NCBI GenBank assembly: GCA_026936335.1
Contig: JAPMXV010000019.1
Coordinates: 1-64,000, forward strand
DNA length: 64,000 bases
Direction of reading: 5' to 3'
Origin: Mantamonas sphyraenae STR306
Lineage: Eukaryota > Protista > CRuMs
The notes beneath the pieces are model-generated. The model ran no database searches. It was not told where the DNA came from and was given only the letters and a program-made list of their open reading frames with translations. Position numbers and translations under genes: made by a program. Each line of letters opens with the position of its first letter. Position 1 is the stretch's first letter. Below are positions 32,432-45,900 of this stretch, piece after piece.

Positions 32432-34831
32432 ATGCAGACAGAAGGAGAAGAAGACGAGGAGGACAGCAGCACGTTTGCTACCCAAACCCAGCAACACATG
32501 GTCTTGGATGACACAGACGCCGACGCCCTTTTGTACGCTTGTCGCGCAGGCCGGCGAACAAACCGATTTCGTGGAATCGTGCAACTCACACCGGCGTTCA
32601 CCCTTCCACACGCCATACCCACGACCATGCACCCGCTCCCACAGCACACGTCCCTGTGTCGACCTGTCTGACCGCGGTTATAGCCTCCCGCGAAGCATCC
32701 CTGCACGTGTGTGGTCTGCCGTCGACACTCTCCTCGAGCTCGATCTCAGTTCCAACACCTTGCAAGCCCTGCCCGAGCAAATCGGCAACCTGGTCAACCT
32801 GCGCGAGCTCAACCTGTACAACAACCAACTGACCACCCTTCCGACGGCCATCGACACCCTCACCCATCTGCACACCCTCAACCTCCGCCTCAACCTCCTT
32901 GCAACCTTTCCCCAGCCCATCCTTCACCTCTCGGCCATCCAGCTCCTCGACCTCGCCGACAATCTCCTCACTTCCGTCCCTGCTCCGCTGGCCTCCATGC
33001 CCAACCTTGACATTCTCTATCTGCAGAACAACCGCATTTCCACCCTCGACCCTGCCTTTTACAAAGCCACCTTTCGCCTTGAGCTCGCACACAACCCCGT
33101 CCACAACACCTCTGCACGCACCTCCTCTCGCTCTGGCAACAGGATACGAGGCCGCCAGCTCCTCGCACGTCCCATCGTCTCCAGCGGCGCCAATGCCCCA
33201 CGCACAGCCGCCTTTGCTCGCCCACGTCGCCCAGATCAGGTCGAGCTGCCCCAGCGCATCTCATGCGCTCCGCGCAGACTCACAGGCAAACGAAAACACT
33301 TTGCGCGCGATGGAGATGGGCCCAGCGACGACCAGGACGGCACCAGCGAGGATCGCCTCGACGAAGACGATCCTCTCCTTGCCTTTTACGACCAGGAGCT
33401 GTCCAACCCGCAGCAGGATATCCAAGACGACGAACACACGCTGCACTCACGCAGACAAAAGGCATCCTCCCGACACGTCTCCAGCCGCTTCCGTACAGGT
33501 CGCTGGGGCACGTCGTCTTTCTACAACCAAACCATAGCACGCCTCGGCGACGACGAATACCTCAACGCAGACGGCGAAGCAGACGACGAGATCCAGGACA
33601 GTATGGTCCACACGAGCAGTTCCTCGTCGTCCTCGTCGTCCACCACCACCACCACCACTTCCACGTCGTCCTCCTCCACTCGACTCCCGCTTGTACAGAC
33701 GTCGGTGCGACCACAGGAGAAGCGCAGACGCATGACTGGAAGGATATGGAAGCAAGCGGACGAAGAGACACGCAACGCAAAGCGGCTGCAAGCACAGCGC
33801 GCTCAGGTTGTGCAGCAGAGCCAGAAGGAAAGACGCCGTGCAGCTCGCAAACTGCAGGAAGAACGCCACATGCGCGAGCGCCTGCAACGCCTGCACAGGT
33901 TTTTGGACGAACTGAAGCACCAGCAGATCGAATACGACCAGCTGGTGGCCATCCACGACAACGCCATGGACGACGAGATCGGATGTGGCAGCTTTGGCAC
34001 CGTGTACAAACGCATCTACCAGGGTCAAACCGTCGCTGTCAAGGAGATGCGGCAGCACCACATGGACGACGCCACTGTGTCCTCCTTCACACGCGAGGTG
34101 GAGACGCTCAGCCGTGTTCGCCACCCGAGCGTTGTCAATCTCATCGGAGCAGGCGTCCACAGCACAGGGGACGCAAAGCACGTCCTCTTTCTTGTCATGG
34201 AGTACGTGCCTGGAGGCACCCTGCGCGACTGCATCCACAGCGACGTCATGCGCAAGACAAACGACTACGACGCCCTGCTGGTCGCCCTGGCCCTCCAGGT
34301 CGCCGCAGGAATGCAGAACCTCCACGAACAACATGACATCATTCACAGGGATCTCAAAGTGTCCAACGTCCTCCTCGACGCTCACTTCAACGCAAAGGTG
34401 TGTGACTTTGGCCTCGCACGCCTCGCTTCAGAGGACAGCGGACGCCTCACACACGTCGGTTGCGGCCGCTACATGGCACCCGAAGTGACACGTGGCCAGC
34501 AGTACACACGCAAGGTCGACGTCTACTCCTTTGGCATGATGCTTTACGAAATGTTCAGCGCAAAGATCCCCTTTGCCTCCCTCGACGCCACCCCAGCCGC
34601 CTTTCAGGCTGCCAACGGCGAGCGACCGGGCCTGGACGACATGGAAGACGAAGTGGCCGACGAAATCCTCGACCTCATCGTCGACTGCTGGCAGGACGAG
34701 CCTGATGACAGACCGGATTTCGCAGAAGTTGTCGAGCGCCTGGAAAGCATGGAGTACCGCGACCCAAACTCGTTCGATCTCACCTGGTTGGCTCAGAATG
34801 GCGACTTGGACGAGCATGCGAGTGTCCACGA

Positions 34832-34863
<32 letters not shown>

Positions 34864-34979
34864 TCGACCGTGACAATCATCGTCGTTTTGGCCAGGCGTC
34901 GTCTTCCCGTCCAGTCGCCACTGTCGACGCCCTCGACGTCGACGATCCTGCCGACGAATATGTGTTTGCTGTGTTCTGA
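32432..34979 (+). CDS. LRR-containing tyrosine-kinase-like (Raf/MAP3K-like) kinase
   Basis: Intron 32533-32644; about 5 typical LRRs; coiled coil; GCGSFGTVY, HRDLKVSN, DFG, YMAPE, CWQDEPDDRP. Confidence 0.88.
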
Positions 34980-35040
34980 ATGAAGGATGTTTTCGTGCCT
35001 GCCCTGGCAATCCCAAAGGAACGTACTCGCGCCGCCGCAG

Positions 35041-38000
35041 ATGGACAAGTACCTCATCCAGGAACTCATCGGAGAGGGCTCGTTTGGCAAGGTGTACCGT
35101 GCACGTGTAAAGGGCACGGGCATCCATGTGGCGGTCAAGTATATCAGCAAATGGGGAAAGAGCGAGCGCGACCAAAAGTCTCTGCGCAGGGAAATCGAAC
35201 TGCTCCGTGGCCTCGACAACATCAACATCATCCGCATGGTCGATGCCCTCGAAACCAAGGAGCACTTTATTATCGTCACAGAGCTGGCCCAGGTACGCGT
35301 GCACAACACCCGCCCTGCACCACACACACACACAGGGGTGCAAATCCCCGCGCCCCCGTTTTGTCCCTCCCCCCTCCTCTTCACCGTCTCCTGGCCTTTG
35401 TGCCACGCAGACTCTTGACCATCGTCTGTCCACTGCCCGTACGCTGACACCATCTGAACGCACAGGGAGATCTGTTTTCCATTCTCACCGACGACCAGCA
35501 GCTGCCGGAAGACGTGGTGCGCTCGGTGGCACAGCAGCTTGTGCGCGCACTGCAGTATCTCCACGGCCACCGCATCATCCATCGCGACATCAAGCCGCAA
35601 AACATTCTCATGGGCGCCAACGGCGTCGTCAAACTGTGTGACTTTGGGTTTGCACGCAGCATGAGCAACAACACCATGATGTTGACGTCAATCAAGGGCA
35701 CTCCGTTGTACATGGCCCCCGAGCTCGTCAAGGAGTCGCCCTACAACCACCTCACAGACCTTTGGAGCCTCGGTGTTATCCTCTACGAACTGCACTGTGG
35801 CGTGCCTCCCTTTTACAGCAACAACATCTACTCACTGATCCCCTTGATCATCGAGTCCCCCGTCCAGTATCCGGAAACCATGAGCGACGTCTTTAAGGAC
35901 TTTCTCGATGGCCTCCTGCAAAAGAAACCCAGCGATAGGTTGGGATGGCCCGAGCTTGCGCAGCACCCATTCATCGCCAGCACCGAAGAGGAGCTGGAAG
36001 AGCTCGAGCGCATCAAGGCTGAAGACCGTTCTCGCGAGCGCTTCCTGCATGTGTTTCCCGACCTGGGCCAGCAGGTCAGTCTCATGGGGGCCAGTGGTGG
36101 ACTGACCAACATGCGCAAGTCCAAACTTATCCAGGGTGCATACGGCCCCGAGTTTGCCTCGCAATTCAGCGAGGCCAAGAGCCTGCTCAGCAACAGCGAC
36201 GACACAGCCGGTGATGAAGCAGGCAACAGTGGCGGAAGCAGCAGCAGCAGCAGTGGCAGCAGTGGCAGCAGTGGTGGCAGTGCCGGTGCATACACAGACA
36301 GCGAGAGCATCAGTGCCGCTCTGCCGGGGCGCAAGAAGCTGCCCGCCATTAAGGAAGCTTCAGGATCCTCTTCCTCCTCTTCTTCTTCCTCCTCCTCCTC
36401 GTCATCTCACATGGGTGCCGACTCGCCAGTGCAGCGGCGAGGCAAGCAGAAGGACGCGTGGTATGAAACCGAAGTGCAGAGCAGGACGGTGGAAGGGGCC
36501 ACCAAGCTGCGGTACGACGGCGTTTTTACACGTCAGCTGCTCAACATGCTTGCTGTGGACGAGACACAGCTGGCAAGCAAGGAGAAGCGCAAGACAATGG
36601 CCAACGTGCTGCGTATCTGCTGCAACGTGATCGAAAAGGGCTCGGTGAGCGGCGAACTGCTGCGCGACTCGAGAGACATCATGTCATACGGGTCGGGCAA
36701 GCAACTGATGGCGTTGGTGCAGGCCACGCTGTCGATGATCAACTCGGGGGTCAAGTACGACGACAACGACGGCGGGAGCGCAGTGACGTACGTGGACGTG
36801 CTGCGTGAGGCGGTACAACTGGTGGGGGTTATGGCAGAGGCACACCAGCAGCTGTTTGGCGAGGTGGACCAGTATCTGGTCATGCAGTTTCTGCCGGTGG
36901 TGCCCGCCATTGTGGAGCTGCTTGCCGACGACTCGCTGAATCTGCAGGTGACGCTGATGAACAGCCTGGCACGCATGTTTGGCGGCTTTGGCCAGCTGTT
37001 GCACGACACAAGCGAGCTGTACCAGCTCGTGTTGGACAACCGGCCGGCGGTGGTGGGCATTGTGCGGTGCATCCAGATTGCCAAGTATGCACGCAAGGTG
37101 GGCAGCAACCTGCGCCTGACCACTGCATCCACAAACGCACTCAATGTGGCTGCCATGGAGGCGTTGCGCAACCTGGTGGCGCCCAGTGACGTGTCGCACG
37201 TGGACATGTTCCCGCTCAACCGCAACATGGAGCCGCGCAGTCCAGACCAGCTCGAGCAGCGTGTGCTGCAAGACCTGTGTGCCATGGTGGCCTCGGTGGT
37301 GCTGGAAGACAACAAGATCCGCAGTGTGTGCAACATGGTGAGCAAGAACGACACGCAGCTTCTGCTGGACTGTATCACCACCCTCAGCATGCTGTGTCGC
37401 TGCTCCCGCGAGTTCCTCCAGCTGCTCGCAGGCAGCAGTGTGCGTGTGGTCAGCGAACAGAGTGGCACCAACAGCACCATGCCTGCCCTTGTGTTTATCT
37501 TTAAACAGGTCGTCCAGCGCCGCAGCGAGGCAAACATCCTCTGCCAGACCCTGATGCTCATGTACATGCTGTGCAGCTGGCACACAGACCTTGCTGTGCA
37601 GGTGGCCTCTGAGGGCCTGAGCACACTCGTCCGCCTTCTACTGGAGTCGTCCTCGCGCAAGGTGCAGAGTGCGGCCGCCCTTGTCCTCTCCACCTCCATC
37701 AATGCCACAGGCACACAGAGCGACACACGCACGGCTGTACTCGACCCTTCTGTGTTGCGTACTCTCATCGACCTCGTACAGGGCGATGTCGAACGCAGCA
37801 GCGTCATGGCGGGTTCCTCCTTCTCCGCGCTGGGCTTTGCCACCATGGGCGCCATGGACGGCCCCATGCTCTGCTTCAAGTATCTGCTTATCAAGTACGA
37901 CGACGACTTTGTGCAGCTGCTGGCTGAGGTTGAGCGAGAGCCGAACGAGCTGTGGCGGCAGCTTGCCGTCCAGCTAGGCTCGTCCAGCTGCAGCAACGAA

Positions 38001-39140
38001 CTCTCCCCCACAGGCGTCCTCGCCGCCACCCGCCTGGCGTACGAATACGTTGTGCGCGAGCCACGTTCTCGCTCGCGCATGCTCGTCGACGTGGAGCTTG
38101 TCGGACGCTTGGTGCGTCTCATATCGGAAACACATCTGGACCGGGTGGTGTGCTGGCCTGCGTTTGTGGGCGGTGGCAGTACGGTGGCCGTGTCTCTCAT
38201 CAAACAGGTGCTTTCCCTCTTCTTTCTGCCCCTGGGCAACCAAGCAGACAGCAAGGAGCTTGCGCGTACACAAAAGGCGCTGTACGAAGCGCGGCTGGTG
38301 GAGACGGTGCTGCATTGTGTCGACTACATGCCTGCAGGCACCTACGAGTATCCCATGGGCATGCTGTCGCGCATAGTGCTGGGCAGCAACGACTTTGCCA
38401 TGCAGCTGTTGGAGTGTGGCGGCGTGCAGACAGGTGCCCTGAAGCGCATGCTGCAGGAGGAGGAGGTGGGCACTGCCGTCGTCATTGACGCCCTGCTCAT
38501 TGTCTCTCAGCTGGCTCGCGTGACCAAAGACTCGTACCCGGACATCCACGACGCAGACATGTACCACGAGTTTGTGCGCCTGATCAACAGCGACCAGGCA
38601 AACATCCGCTCCAAGGTGTGCAACCTCCTGGGCAACCTGTGTCGCTACTCAGACTATTTCTACCAGCCCATCAAACGCACGGGCCTGCTCGAAGCGCTGG
38701 TGGAACGCTGCGCAGACACAGATCGCAACACTCGCAAATTCGCCTGCTTTGCCATCGGCAACGCCAGTTTCCACAATGACACGCTGTACGAAGACATTGC
38801 GCCGTGCATTGAGTCGTTGGTGACCCTCCTGAGTGACGACGAGGAAAAGACACGTTCCAACGCTGCGGGGGCAATTGGCAATCTCGTGCGCAACTCCGAC
38901 AGTCTGTGCCAGCGCCTGATGGACGCCGGCGCCGTACATCGCCTGTACGACGTAGCTCTCAACGACGACGTGTCGCCAAGACGCATCGCCCTCTTCTCCC
39001 TGGGCAACTTTTGTGCCTTTGAGGTGTGCAAGGACACCCTCCTGCGCCTGGGAGTCCACCAGTACCTCGACAAACGCGACGAAACAGACTCGTTGGCGAA
39101 AAAGTATGCTGGGCGGATTGTGAAGAAGCTGGGAGCGTGA
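35041..39140 (+). CDS. STK36: Fused/STK36/TIO kinase with C-terminal ARM/HEAT repeats
   Basis: [38 protein letters not shown]. Intron 35293-35465. C-terminal [26 protein letters not shown]. Confidence 0.94.
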
Positions 39141-39162
39141 GTGTGTGGGGGGAGTGACATGA

Positions 39163-40380
39163 TCACATGGTTTGTTCTTGATCACCACAATGAACCACGC
39201 CACGAGCGGCCAATGCGTCGATTTCTTGATGGGAGAGGTCAAGGGTGGAGTGGAGTACTTGGCGTGTGTGTTGTCCCAACGCAGGCGGAGGCAGGGCGTC
39301 GTGTGCGCCAACATCGCTGGCTGAGAAGCGGTTCGGATGGCCGACGACTCTCTGGCCACCTACGTCCTGAACAAGCCCCATGGCCTGCACCTGCGGGTGC
39401 TCAAACACCCCTTGCATATTGTTGACTGGTGCACACGGCACGTCAGCCTGTTCCAGGACGGCTGTCCAGTGAGCGGTGTCCTCGCGGGACAGGACTGTTT
39501 GGATCTGCGGCAGCAGCGCCTCTCGATGCCTCACACGGTCACTGTTTGTGGCAAAACGTGTGTCTGTGTGCCACGTGTGCTCGAGGGCACGTGAAAACGC
39601 AGCAAACTGCTTGTCTGAGCCTGCAGCGACGATGATGTGCGAGTCTTTGGTCTCAAACGACTGATACGGCACAATGCTGGCATGCGCATTTCCCCTACGC
39701 ACTGCCTCTGTGTCTGCCATCAGCCAATTGGCGCCCACATTGGCCAAAGAGGCTACAGTGGATCCCAGCAGCGTCACCTGGATGCTCTCTCCGGTGCCTC
39801 GCTGTTCCCTAGCATACAGAGCTGCCAGAATCGATCCGTACGCATGCAGACCTGTAAGAATGTCTGTGACAGCCACACCCAACTTGACTGGGGGCCCTTC
39901 TGCCTCGCCTGAAATGCCCATGAAGCCACCGAGGGCCTGTGTGATGATGTCAAACGCTGGGGCATCTTTCAGCGGCCCCTCGTCGCCATAGCCGCTGACA
40001 CAGCAGTGAATGAGCCGAGGGTGGCTCTGCAGTAGCTCGTCGACATCCAGACCGAATTTGCGCATGGTGCGTGGACCAAAGTTCTCCAGGAGGACGTCGC
40101 TGCGTTCGGCCAGGCGTCGAACGAGCGCAGCGCCTTCGTCGTTGGCCAAGTCGATGGCCACGGAGCGTTTGTGCCGGTTTACGTGTTCAAAGTAAACCGA
40201 AGCGCCGTCCTGGGTGTGTGGAGGGGTCCATGCACGTGTGAGGTCGCCCACGCCGGGCTGTTCGACCTTGAGCACGGTGGCGCCCAGGTCGCCCAGCATC
40301 ATGCTGGCATGCGGGGCTGCAAGAACACGACCCAAATCCAGCACGACAATGCCCTGGAGGGGACGAAGCCGGGTGCTCAT
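39163..40380 (-). CDS. Family III CoA-transferase (CaiB/BaiF, SUGCT-like)
   Basis: PLQGIVVLDLGRVLAAP, LGDLGATVLKVEQPGVGDLTR, NRHKRS, SGYG..GP, PPALGQHT. Confidence 0.93.
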   Translation of the reverse strand: MSTRLRPLQGIVVLDLGRVLAAPHASMMLGDLGATVLKVEQPGVGDLTRAWTPPHTQDGASVYFEHVNRHKRSVAIDLANDEGAALVRRLAERSDVLLENFGPRTMRKFGLDVDELLQSHPRLIHCCVSGYGDEGPLKDAPAFDIITQALGGFMGISGEAEGPPVKLGVAVTDILTGLHAYGSILAALYAREQRGTGESIQVTLLGSTVASLANVGANWLMADTEAVRRGNAHASIVPYQSFETKDSHIIVAAGSDKQFAAFSRALEHTWHTDTRFATNSDRVRHREALLPQIQTVLSREDTAHWTAVLEQADVPCAPVNNMQGVFEHPQVQAMGLVQDVGGQRVVGHPNRFSASDVGAHDALPPPALGQHTRQVLHSTLDLSHQEIDALAARGVVHCGDQEQTM

Positions 40381-40438
40381 GCCAACAGACCCGTTTTGTT
40401 GGGTGTGCGCGATCGTCGGCACCCAAAAACGAAACGAA

Positions 40439-41580
40439 ATGACTGAAGGTACGATGGAACATGAGTGCAAATGGCGGGAATCCAGCAGCTCTGCACGTGT
40501 GCAAAGCGATACGCAGGTGTGGATGGCGCACTAAGCGGCGGTGGGCGTGGAAACGGACACGGCTGCAGCCATGCCCATTTTGCCACCGTGCGATTTCAGC
40601 GAGCCGGAGTTTGCGAGCGCGTGTGGCGTGGTGCAGGGACGCTGACAAGGAACACATGCACGGCAACACCACAGCTGAGCCGCAGATTGTCGAGGTCGAC
40701 GCCGAGGAGGTGGACGAGGATGACGTCCCCGATCTGGAGGAGGTTGCTGATGAGGAGGCCGAGGCTGGCGCCTCGTCTGCCGGAGGCAAGCACACGCAGA
40801 CGCGCGGCGAGAAGAAGGCGCGCAAGGCTTTCAGCAAGCTGAACATGAAGCCTGTGGACCAGCCCATCAACCGCGTGGCTGTCAACAAGCCCAAGAGCCC
40901 GCAGTCGCCGGCTGTAAGTGCATTCTGCTTTTTTGCATGCGCGCGCCTCTCTTTGCCCAGCCCACCAGTCCGGGTTTTTGCCATGCCAGCCGGCCACACA
41001 GACGCAAAGGACACTGACACCGGGCACACATGCACGCGTACACGACACACGCACACGTATGTGCAATTGCATCCACAGCTGCTGTTCACTGTGGACAACC
41101 CGGAGGTGTTCAAGACCAGCGGCGACAACTACGTGGTCTTTGGCAAGATCGACATCGATAACCCGCAGGACACTGCCTCCAAGCAGGCTGCCAGCTCGTT
41201 CGAGACTTCGGACGCTGCTGCCGCCCTCAACGCTCTGGACGAGAACGGCGACATGCCGGACCTGTCCACTGCCACCGCCACCACTGGTGTGGAGGACGCC
41301 GAGGAAGGCGCTTCCGCCGGCACTGGCGAGTACAGCGACAAGGATCTGGAGCTGCTCATGAAGCAGGGCAACATCGATCGCGAGAGTATGTTGTCTCTGC
41401 CTCTCTTTCGTTTCTTCCATGTGTTGCCTTTACCCTCTGCCCGTCTCGTGGGTGGCCATTTTGGTGTTCATTGCATGCGCGCTCACACAAACGCCTACGC
41501 ACCCCTCTACAGCCGCCGTCAAGATCATGGACGAGAACAACGGCGACCTCGTCAACGCTGTCATGGCACTGTCCAAGTAA
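40439..41580 (+). CDS. NACA: Nascent polypeptide-associated complex alpha subunit
   Basis: RGEKKARKA, PEVFK..YVVFG, UBA-like NNGDLVNAVMAL. Introns 40449-40674, 40914-41078 and 41386-41512 are all phase-consistent. Confidence 0.92.
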
Positions 41581-41596
41581 ACAGGCACAACCGCTT

Positions 41597-42295
41597 TCAT
41601 TCCACTCCGCCCCATTCAATCTGCAGCGTGGCTGCCTGCGCAATGCCCGTCTGAGCCAGCGTGTCTTGACAATCCAGAGCCAGGATGGCATTGTGCTGCT
41701 GCTGCGACCCACGCACCAATCGCACTGTGACGCCTTGTGCATCGAGGCCGGGGAAGGACACATCGTCCAACACCTGTGCGTTGGCCTCGAGTTTCCCGGC
41801 CAGTTGATCAAGCAGCTCTGCAACCGTGTGTTCGCTGTTCAGTGTCACACGCAGCTTGTTGTGCTGCGTGCGTGTGCCCGTCTCTGTATTCACAAACACC
41901 GGGCGTGTGTTGACCATGTACTCGCCGCCCTTGGGCAGCAGAAAGAGCCACGAGTCGGCCGACGAAAGCACAGCCGCAACCACGTTCTCCTCCTCCTTCA
42001 GATCCACCTCTGTGCCATCCACCACACACCGCAACGCATCTGCATCTGCTTCCACAGGCAGTTGCATCTCAAACGTCTCTTCCTGACACCGTTGGGCCAG
42101 CACCTCTGTCACCAGCGCCTTGAACGCTGCCCCACCATCCACCTCGCACGCCATACGCTTCAGGCCACCCCTCTCGTGCCAGAACTGCACCCACAGTTCC
42201 ACAGCGTCACCCAAATCGCCCCCACTGCTGCTGCTGCTGCTGCTGCTGCTGGATGACGAGCTACTGGATGACGACGAGGACGACGAGGACGACAT
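41597..42295 (-). CDS. Hypothetical protein with poly-Ser N-terminus and probable ubiquitin-like/UBX-like C-terminal domain
   Basis: TVAELLDQLA..VRLVRG..DTLAQTGI..ATLQI matches the beta-grasp pattern. Confidence 0.6.
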   Translation of the reverse strand: MSSSSSSSSSSSSSSSSSSSSSSSGGDLGDAVELWVQFWHERGGLKRMACEVDGGAAFKALVTEVLAQRCQEETFEMQLPVEADADALRCVVDGTEVDLKEEENVVAAVLSSADSWLFLLPKGGEYMVNTRPVFVNTETGTRTQHNKLRVTLNSEHTVAELLDQLAGKLEANAQVLDDVSFPGLDAQGVTVRLVRGSQQQHNAILALDCQDTLAQTGIAQAATLQIEWGGVE

Positions 42296-42392
42296 CCCAG
42301 GGTGTTTCTTTTGCCTCCCCACACGCATCACACAAAATCACACCCACCAATGCCTTCCCCTCGCCCTCTTCTTCCACGAGAGAACCCTCTTT

Positions 42393-42902
42393 TCACTCTC
42401 GCAGATCCACAAACGGCCGCGTGACGATGTGAGTGGCAACTCCCGCCGCCACACCCATGAACATCGCCCCAAAAAAGCCCAGGCCCTCCGGAACCTTGCC
42501 CCGTGCACGTGCAGCCAGATACGCCACAGTGGCTGTGCCCCATGTCACGTTCACAATCATGTCCATTCGCTTCTGTCCTGCGTTGTCGTGCAGGCGACGC
42601 GCTCGGTCGATGATCGCACCTTCGCCCTCTTCCTCCAAAATCGACGCCGTCTTGGCACGAAACAGGGTGGCGCTGAGACCGACCCCGCCTACCAGTCCCA
42701 TCGCAGCTGCGCCTCGGCTTGCCCCTCGCAATGCTTTCCCACCTCCCCACTTGGTCGCTCCAATGGCGGCTCCGCCCACAGTGCCCAGAACCGATCCCAC
42801 CTGCTCGCCCTTTTGGAAGATGTGAAAACGCAGGTCGAACATGGCCTGATCCGCATCAGGTTCGTACACTTCAAACTCGCTGCGATCCTCTGTTTGGCTC
42901 AT
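42393..42902 (-). CDS. Gly-rich multi-pass membrane protein, DUF1757-like
   Basis: HIFQKG.QVGSVLG and DRARRLHDNAGQKRMD, with GxxxG-rich helices. Confidence 0.65.
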   Translation of the reverse strand: MSQTEDRSEFEVYEPDADQAMFDLRFHIFQKGEQVGSVLGTVGGAAIGATKWGGGKALRGASRGAAAMGLVGGVGLSATLFRAKTASILEEEGEGAIIDRARRLHDNAGQKRMDMIVNVTWGTATVAYLAARARGKVPEGLGFFGAMFMGVAAGVATHIVTRPFVDLRE

Positions 42903-42964
42903 GCCGCTGCCTTGGCTTGTGTTTCGCTTGGCGACAACAGGGCCGCTTCCCATCCAACCATCCA

Positions 42965-45900
42965 ATGGGCAACCATGCAACATTCCGTTGTTCCATTCCC
43001 TCCCTTCTTTCCTCCCCATTATCTCCTCATTCCCCTCTCCCCTCACTCCCCCCTCCCCTCTTCACAACCTCTGCTGACATCCGCCGCAGCAGCCATCCCG
43101 ACCCATTCCACACCCGCATGCTCCAATTGCGCTCGAATGGGTGTCGCCTGGCACCCATGGAGCATCTGGCGTGGTACCAATACCACCTCAAGCGCAACCT
43201 AAGTCTTGAGGAGGAACACCATCAAGAACTGTCCTCCCTGGCCGACCTGTCCCATCTGCCAGCCTCCCTCGCCCTCGGCCTCGCCGCCTACGTCCACTGC
43301 GTGCCGCGCACCCCTGCTGTGTGCCGAATCGTCGACCAGGGCTCCGATCCAGTGTACCTCGACGACATCCGTCAAGCCCACAAGAGCCAGGTGCAGCAGC
43401 GTCTGGGCCGCAACACGCAAGTCCAGCTCCTCGTCCTTCTCGACCACAGCTCCTCCTCTGCCACAGAACTGCCCAAGTGGTTTGCCCGTCTCCATGCCCT
43501 CCTCGTCTCTGCTTCCCACGACTACGATCACGGCCGTGTCAACGACGACGTGTGGCCCCTTGTCCAACGTGCCACTCTCCTCCACCTCCGCCGCGTGTGC
43601 GTTCCCCTCTCCTTCCCCTTCGCCCCATCCACGTTTCCAACCCCACCTTCACGCCCTGTCCCGCTTGCTCACACGTAACCCCTCCGCCTCCCTCCCTTGC
43701 CACCTGCAGCATTGTACAGCAAACCGGCATGCTTCCCTACGGCGACGTCCTTGTCGGACGCGCCCCAACCGAGAATGCCACCCACCACGACGCCGCTCCG
43801 CGCAATCCATGCTGGAAACTGCACGTGCATACCAGCCACGCACACTCCTGGCTCTCTGTGTCCATTTCCCTCCACGTCGCACCCGTCCTCAGTCCCATGG
43901 ACGCCCAAGACGATCGTTTGTGTCTCGTCTCACCTTCAGGACACGCCCAACCCGGCACACACATCCACCACAAGTCAACCTGGTCTCCACAGCAGTGGGA
44001 CGACACACAGCGTCGCTGGAAATCCCTCCATGGCATTGTGCTCGACCACGACGCAAACGCACGGGCTCGTCGCTGGCAGCCTCCGCTCACCGACGCACAC
44101 TGCCTCATCCCTCCTCACTGCCTCCTCTCACTCAGCCTCGCAGACCTGCGCCATGTACAGTACACACAACACACACACATGCAGGGCATATCCTTCATTC
44201 GACGCAACGACCTCATGCCTCCGGGCACAAGGATACCCTCCTGGCAATTTGATCTCGAGATCCAAGCTCGCCTGCTGGATGGTCCATCCTCCTCGTCATC
44301 CTCGTCATCCTCGTCATCCTCGTCATCCTCGTCATCCTCGTCCTCATCCAGCACCACCACCACAGATGTATCATCAACCACGCCCTGGTCCTCCTCTTCC
44401 CTGATCCTCGACCACCTTGCCGACACTGAACACGCTCTCAGCTGGGGCTTTCGTCGCTGGCAGCTCGTCGCTCGTCTGCAACTCGTCGACTCCCAGCTTG
44501 ACCAGTGGCTCGAGGCTCAGGACAGCCAGTCGCGCAACCGCGACCCTGTCCAATCCTCCCCATCCACATCTTCCACCAAACCACCCGCCGCTTCCTCCTC
44601 CTCCACAGCCAAACAACTTCATCCTGCCCGCTCTCGATCCTCCATCACCGCCTCCACCTCAGCTTCCACCCCAAAGACTGGCATAATCCACACCTCCACC
44701 TCATCCTCCTCCTCCTCCTCCTCATCTTCGTCATCATCATCCACGTCCTCCTCGTCCTCCTCGTCAACACCTGGCATCGTCACCGCCGATCTCGAGGTGA
44801 CGATGGCCGACCTGTTTGACGACCCGGCACCATCCAACGGCACATCATCATCCGCATCAGCCACATCCAACTCCACAGACGACGAGGAGGCACGTCGCAA
44901 GGAGGAGAAACGCGAGCGCAAAAAGGCACGCCGTGAAAAGAAGGAGCGCAAACGGCTGGAAAAAGAGCGCAAGAAACAACTCAAGAAGCAACGCAAGCTT
45001 GCTGCTGCTGCCATGGGCATGGCCATGGATGCTGACGGTCTTGTCATGCACACCTCCGAGGAGAGTGCAGTTTCCGCCATGTCCTCCGACGTCTCTGATC
45101 CCTCCCTCATGCAGCTCGACGGCAGACAAGGCGCAGATGTGGATACCATCCTCGCAGATGACAACGTGGCCTCACGCGGCGCTGTCGCTCTCCGCGACCA
45201 GAGCCGCCTGGAGATCCAACGGCTTCGCCGTCGCAAGGCCTTGCGAGAGCAAGCCACGCGTGTGTGGCACGGACAGCCCAGGGTGTTTCCCACCCTCAGC
45301 CAAGCCGATGTCCCTGCCAATCTCGATGCTCTCGTTGCTGCCTGGGCTGCCATGGGCCAGCAACGACTCCACATCAACACACGCCACACCTCCCACCCCC
45401 ACCCGTCGCTCGTCCATCCCCGTACAAACACCCCAGCCTACCAATTGGCACAGAGTATCATGGGCATGGACGTCGAGGAACCCGTCCCCACCCGTGCCCT
45501 CCAGTCTCTCGTCCGGCCCAAACTCCTTCACTCATTTTCCTCCTCAGAGAAGCGTGTGCGGCTCCTCGACACACCTCGCGACACATCTCCTCGCCTTGCA
45601 TCCACTTCCTCATCATCGTCCCCTTCAACCGGCGCATCCAACTCCACCACAGCTGGAAGCAACCGCAGCAGCTCCTCCTCTTCCATCGACACCACAGGCT
45701 CCACGGCACAGAAGCACGGCCCACGTCTGCCCTTGCCCCTCGCCAGCCAACTTGCCCTCTACGAAATCACCATGGGCACCAGCGACGCCGCTCTCGTCAA
45801 CCTCCTTGTGCAGAGCGCACACAATCCAGACTACGACACGCGCCCTGCCACACACACGCGCCCCATCCACGCCCTGACACCTGCCATGATTCGTTTTGTC